IMG/VR virus record: IMGVR_UViG_3300022777_000062
Coordinates: 1 to 48,141 of that record
Source of the DNA: a virus
Taxonomy: Duplodnaviria > Caudoviricetes
Length of the DNA: 48,141 bases
Direction: 5' to 3' (one strand)
In this document: positions 47,144 to 48,141 of the stretch, in pieces
Layout: the number at the start of each line of letters is the position of its first letter
Position numbering within the stretch: position 1 is the stretch's first letter
Made by a program: the position numbers and the translations under genes
Notes under the pieces: model-generated
The model's database searches: none
Told to the model about the DNA's origin: nothing
Seen by the model: the letters and a program-made list of their open reading frames with translations, nothing else

Positions 47144-48141
47144 TTACCTTGAAATCCACTGGTTGCTGCCGGTGTTTTTCCGGGTACCTATGTCGCCGCT
47201 AATTTCGTCTTTGATGTCGGTACCGCTTCCTTCTTCGAACTTGACATCAGCAACGAGGCCGGAGTTGTTTGGACTGTAGCCTTTGAAAAACGTGTCCTCA
47301 ACTTCAGCCCGTGTCTTCTTGTAGTTATAGACGCGGAAGAAGTTTATTGCTCCGGGATGAACGTTATTACCATCATCACTCAGCAGCCACATGGTGTTGC
47401 TGTTGTTACCGGTCCACACTAAGTCACCGCCGCTTCTACCGGAAACGTCCTGCTCACCATGCCACAGGAGTTTACCCGAGGCCGTGTCAAAAATGAACGA
47501 TTCAATGGTGCTACCATCATTAATCACTGACACATAGAGCCACTGCTTGGGATTGTTAGTGGTCCAGCCGGTGGTACTCGCTCCTTTATTGAATCGAGGG
47601 TTCACGGCGAAATTATTCTGACCACCAGTGCCGGTTTTACTGCTACGGTTACTGCCTAGCTTTTCATTGTCCAAAGTGTCCTGGGAAATCTGGTGCCTTT
47701 CTTGTTCATCAATTCCCATGTCTAGGAATAAATACTCAATGTCACCGGTGCTGGAACTGGGGTCGAAAGGCGCATGCACATTGATTAAATTTTGAATTTG
47801 CCACAACTGACCATCGTTCCGGTCCGTGATGGCAATTTCGAATTCAACTGTGGCCTCATTCCCGCCGTGTAGAATATTGTCCACGATGGTTCCAGGACCA
47901 CCGCTGAACTCAACTTGGGGAAGTTTGTTGTTACTGCCGGCATTGTTATACCCCGTGACTTCTAGAGCCTGTGTGAAGTCTGCCGCGGGGGATGCAGTGA
48001 AGCTGCGACGGGCTACCCATGTGGCTGCATTGAGGGAACCATAAACATCTGCCCCGTTCGCATAGGGATTGCTCTGACCCTCATTCAACCTCACATCAAT
48101 AAGCAACCTATTGTCAGTAGGGTTATAACCATTCTTGAAAG
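47144..48141 (-). CDS. C-terminal half of the tandem LamG-like virion protein (joined to 840-1)
   Basis: In frame with the 840-1 ORF across the terminal overlap; WLYVSV...GAINFFRVYN...VKFEEGSG. Confidence 0.8.
   Translation of the reverse strand, partial: FKNGYNPTDNRLLIDVRLNEGQSNPYANGADVYGSLNAATWVARRSFTASPAADFTQALEVTGYNNAGSNNKLPQVEFSGGPGTIVDNILHGGNEATVEFEIAITDRNDGQLWQIQNLINVHAPFDPSSSTGDIEYLFLDMGIDEQERHQISQDTLDNEKLGSNRSSKTGTGGQNNFAVNPRFNKGASTTGWTTNNPKQWLYVSVINDGSTIESFIFDTASGKLLWHGEQDVSGRSGGDLVWTGNNSNTMWLLSDDGNNVHPGAINFFRVYNYKKTRAEVEDTFFKGYSPNNSGLVADVKFEEGSGTDIKDEISGDIGTRKNTGSNQWISR

Noticed and set aside
23569-48044. Numerous plus-strand ORFs antisense to structural genes
   Set aside because: Shadow ORFs without RBS or recognisable motifs

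Overview
Apparently complete ~47,992-bp lytic podovirus genome, circularly assembled: bases 1-149 repeat at 47993-48141 with 2 mismatches. It has T7-like head/tail and replication modules but no RNA polymerase or integrase. ThyX and NrdJ motifs look cyanobacterial, and the layout resembles Pf-WMP3/A-4L-type cyanopodophages; acidic virion proteins hint at a halophilic host (inference). The minus-strand late operon runs from 4530 across the junction down to 23535. It encodes four paralogous small beta-rich proteins, a tandem LamG-like protein, TerL, portal, scaffold, a major capsid gene split by a LAGLIDADG-encoding group I intron, tail tubular A/B, ejected core proteins (one with M23 plus a degenerate SLT domain, one with an ADP-ribosyltransferase-like domain) and a C1q-tipped fibre. 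The plus-strand replication/nucleotide block (11236-23480) encodes primase-helicase, endonuclease, PolA with atypical E710Q/Y766F-equivalent residues, DUF5664-like hydrolase, ERF, PduO-like cobalamin adenosyltransferase, ThyX, intein-containing NrdJ, dUTPase and a Cas4-like exonuclease. The early/accessory region (4530-11230) has sigma70 promoters, a four-copy ~110-bp structured element, tandem repeats and large hairpins. The most striking signal is the apparent genome-wide absence of GAGA/TCTC and GATA/TATC and near-absence of GATC, seen by eye and needing a computational count.
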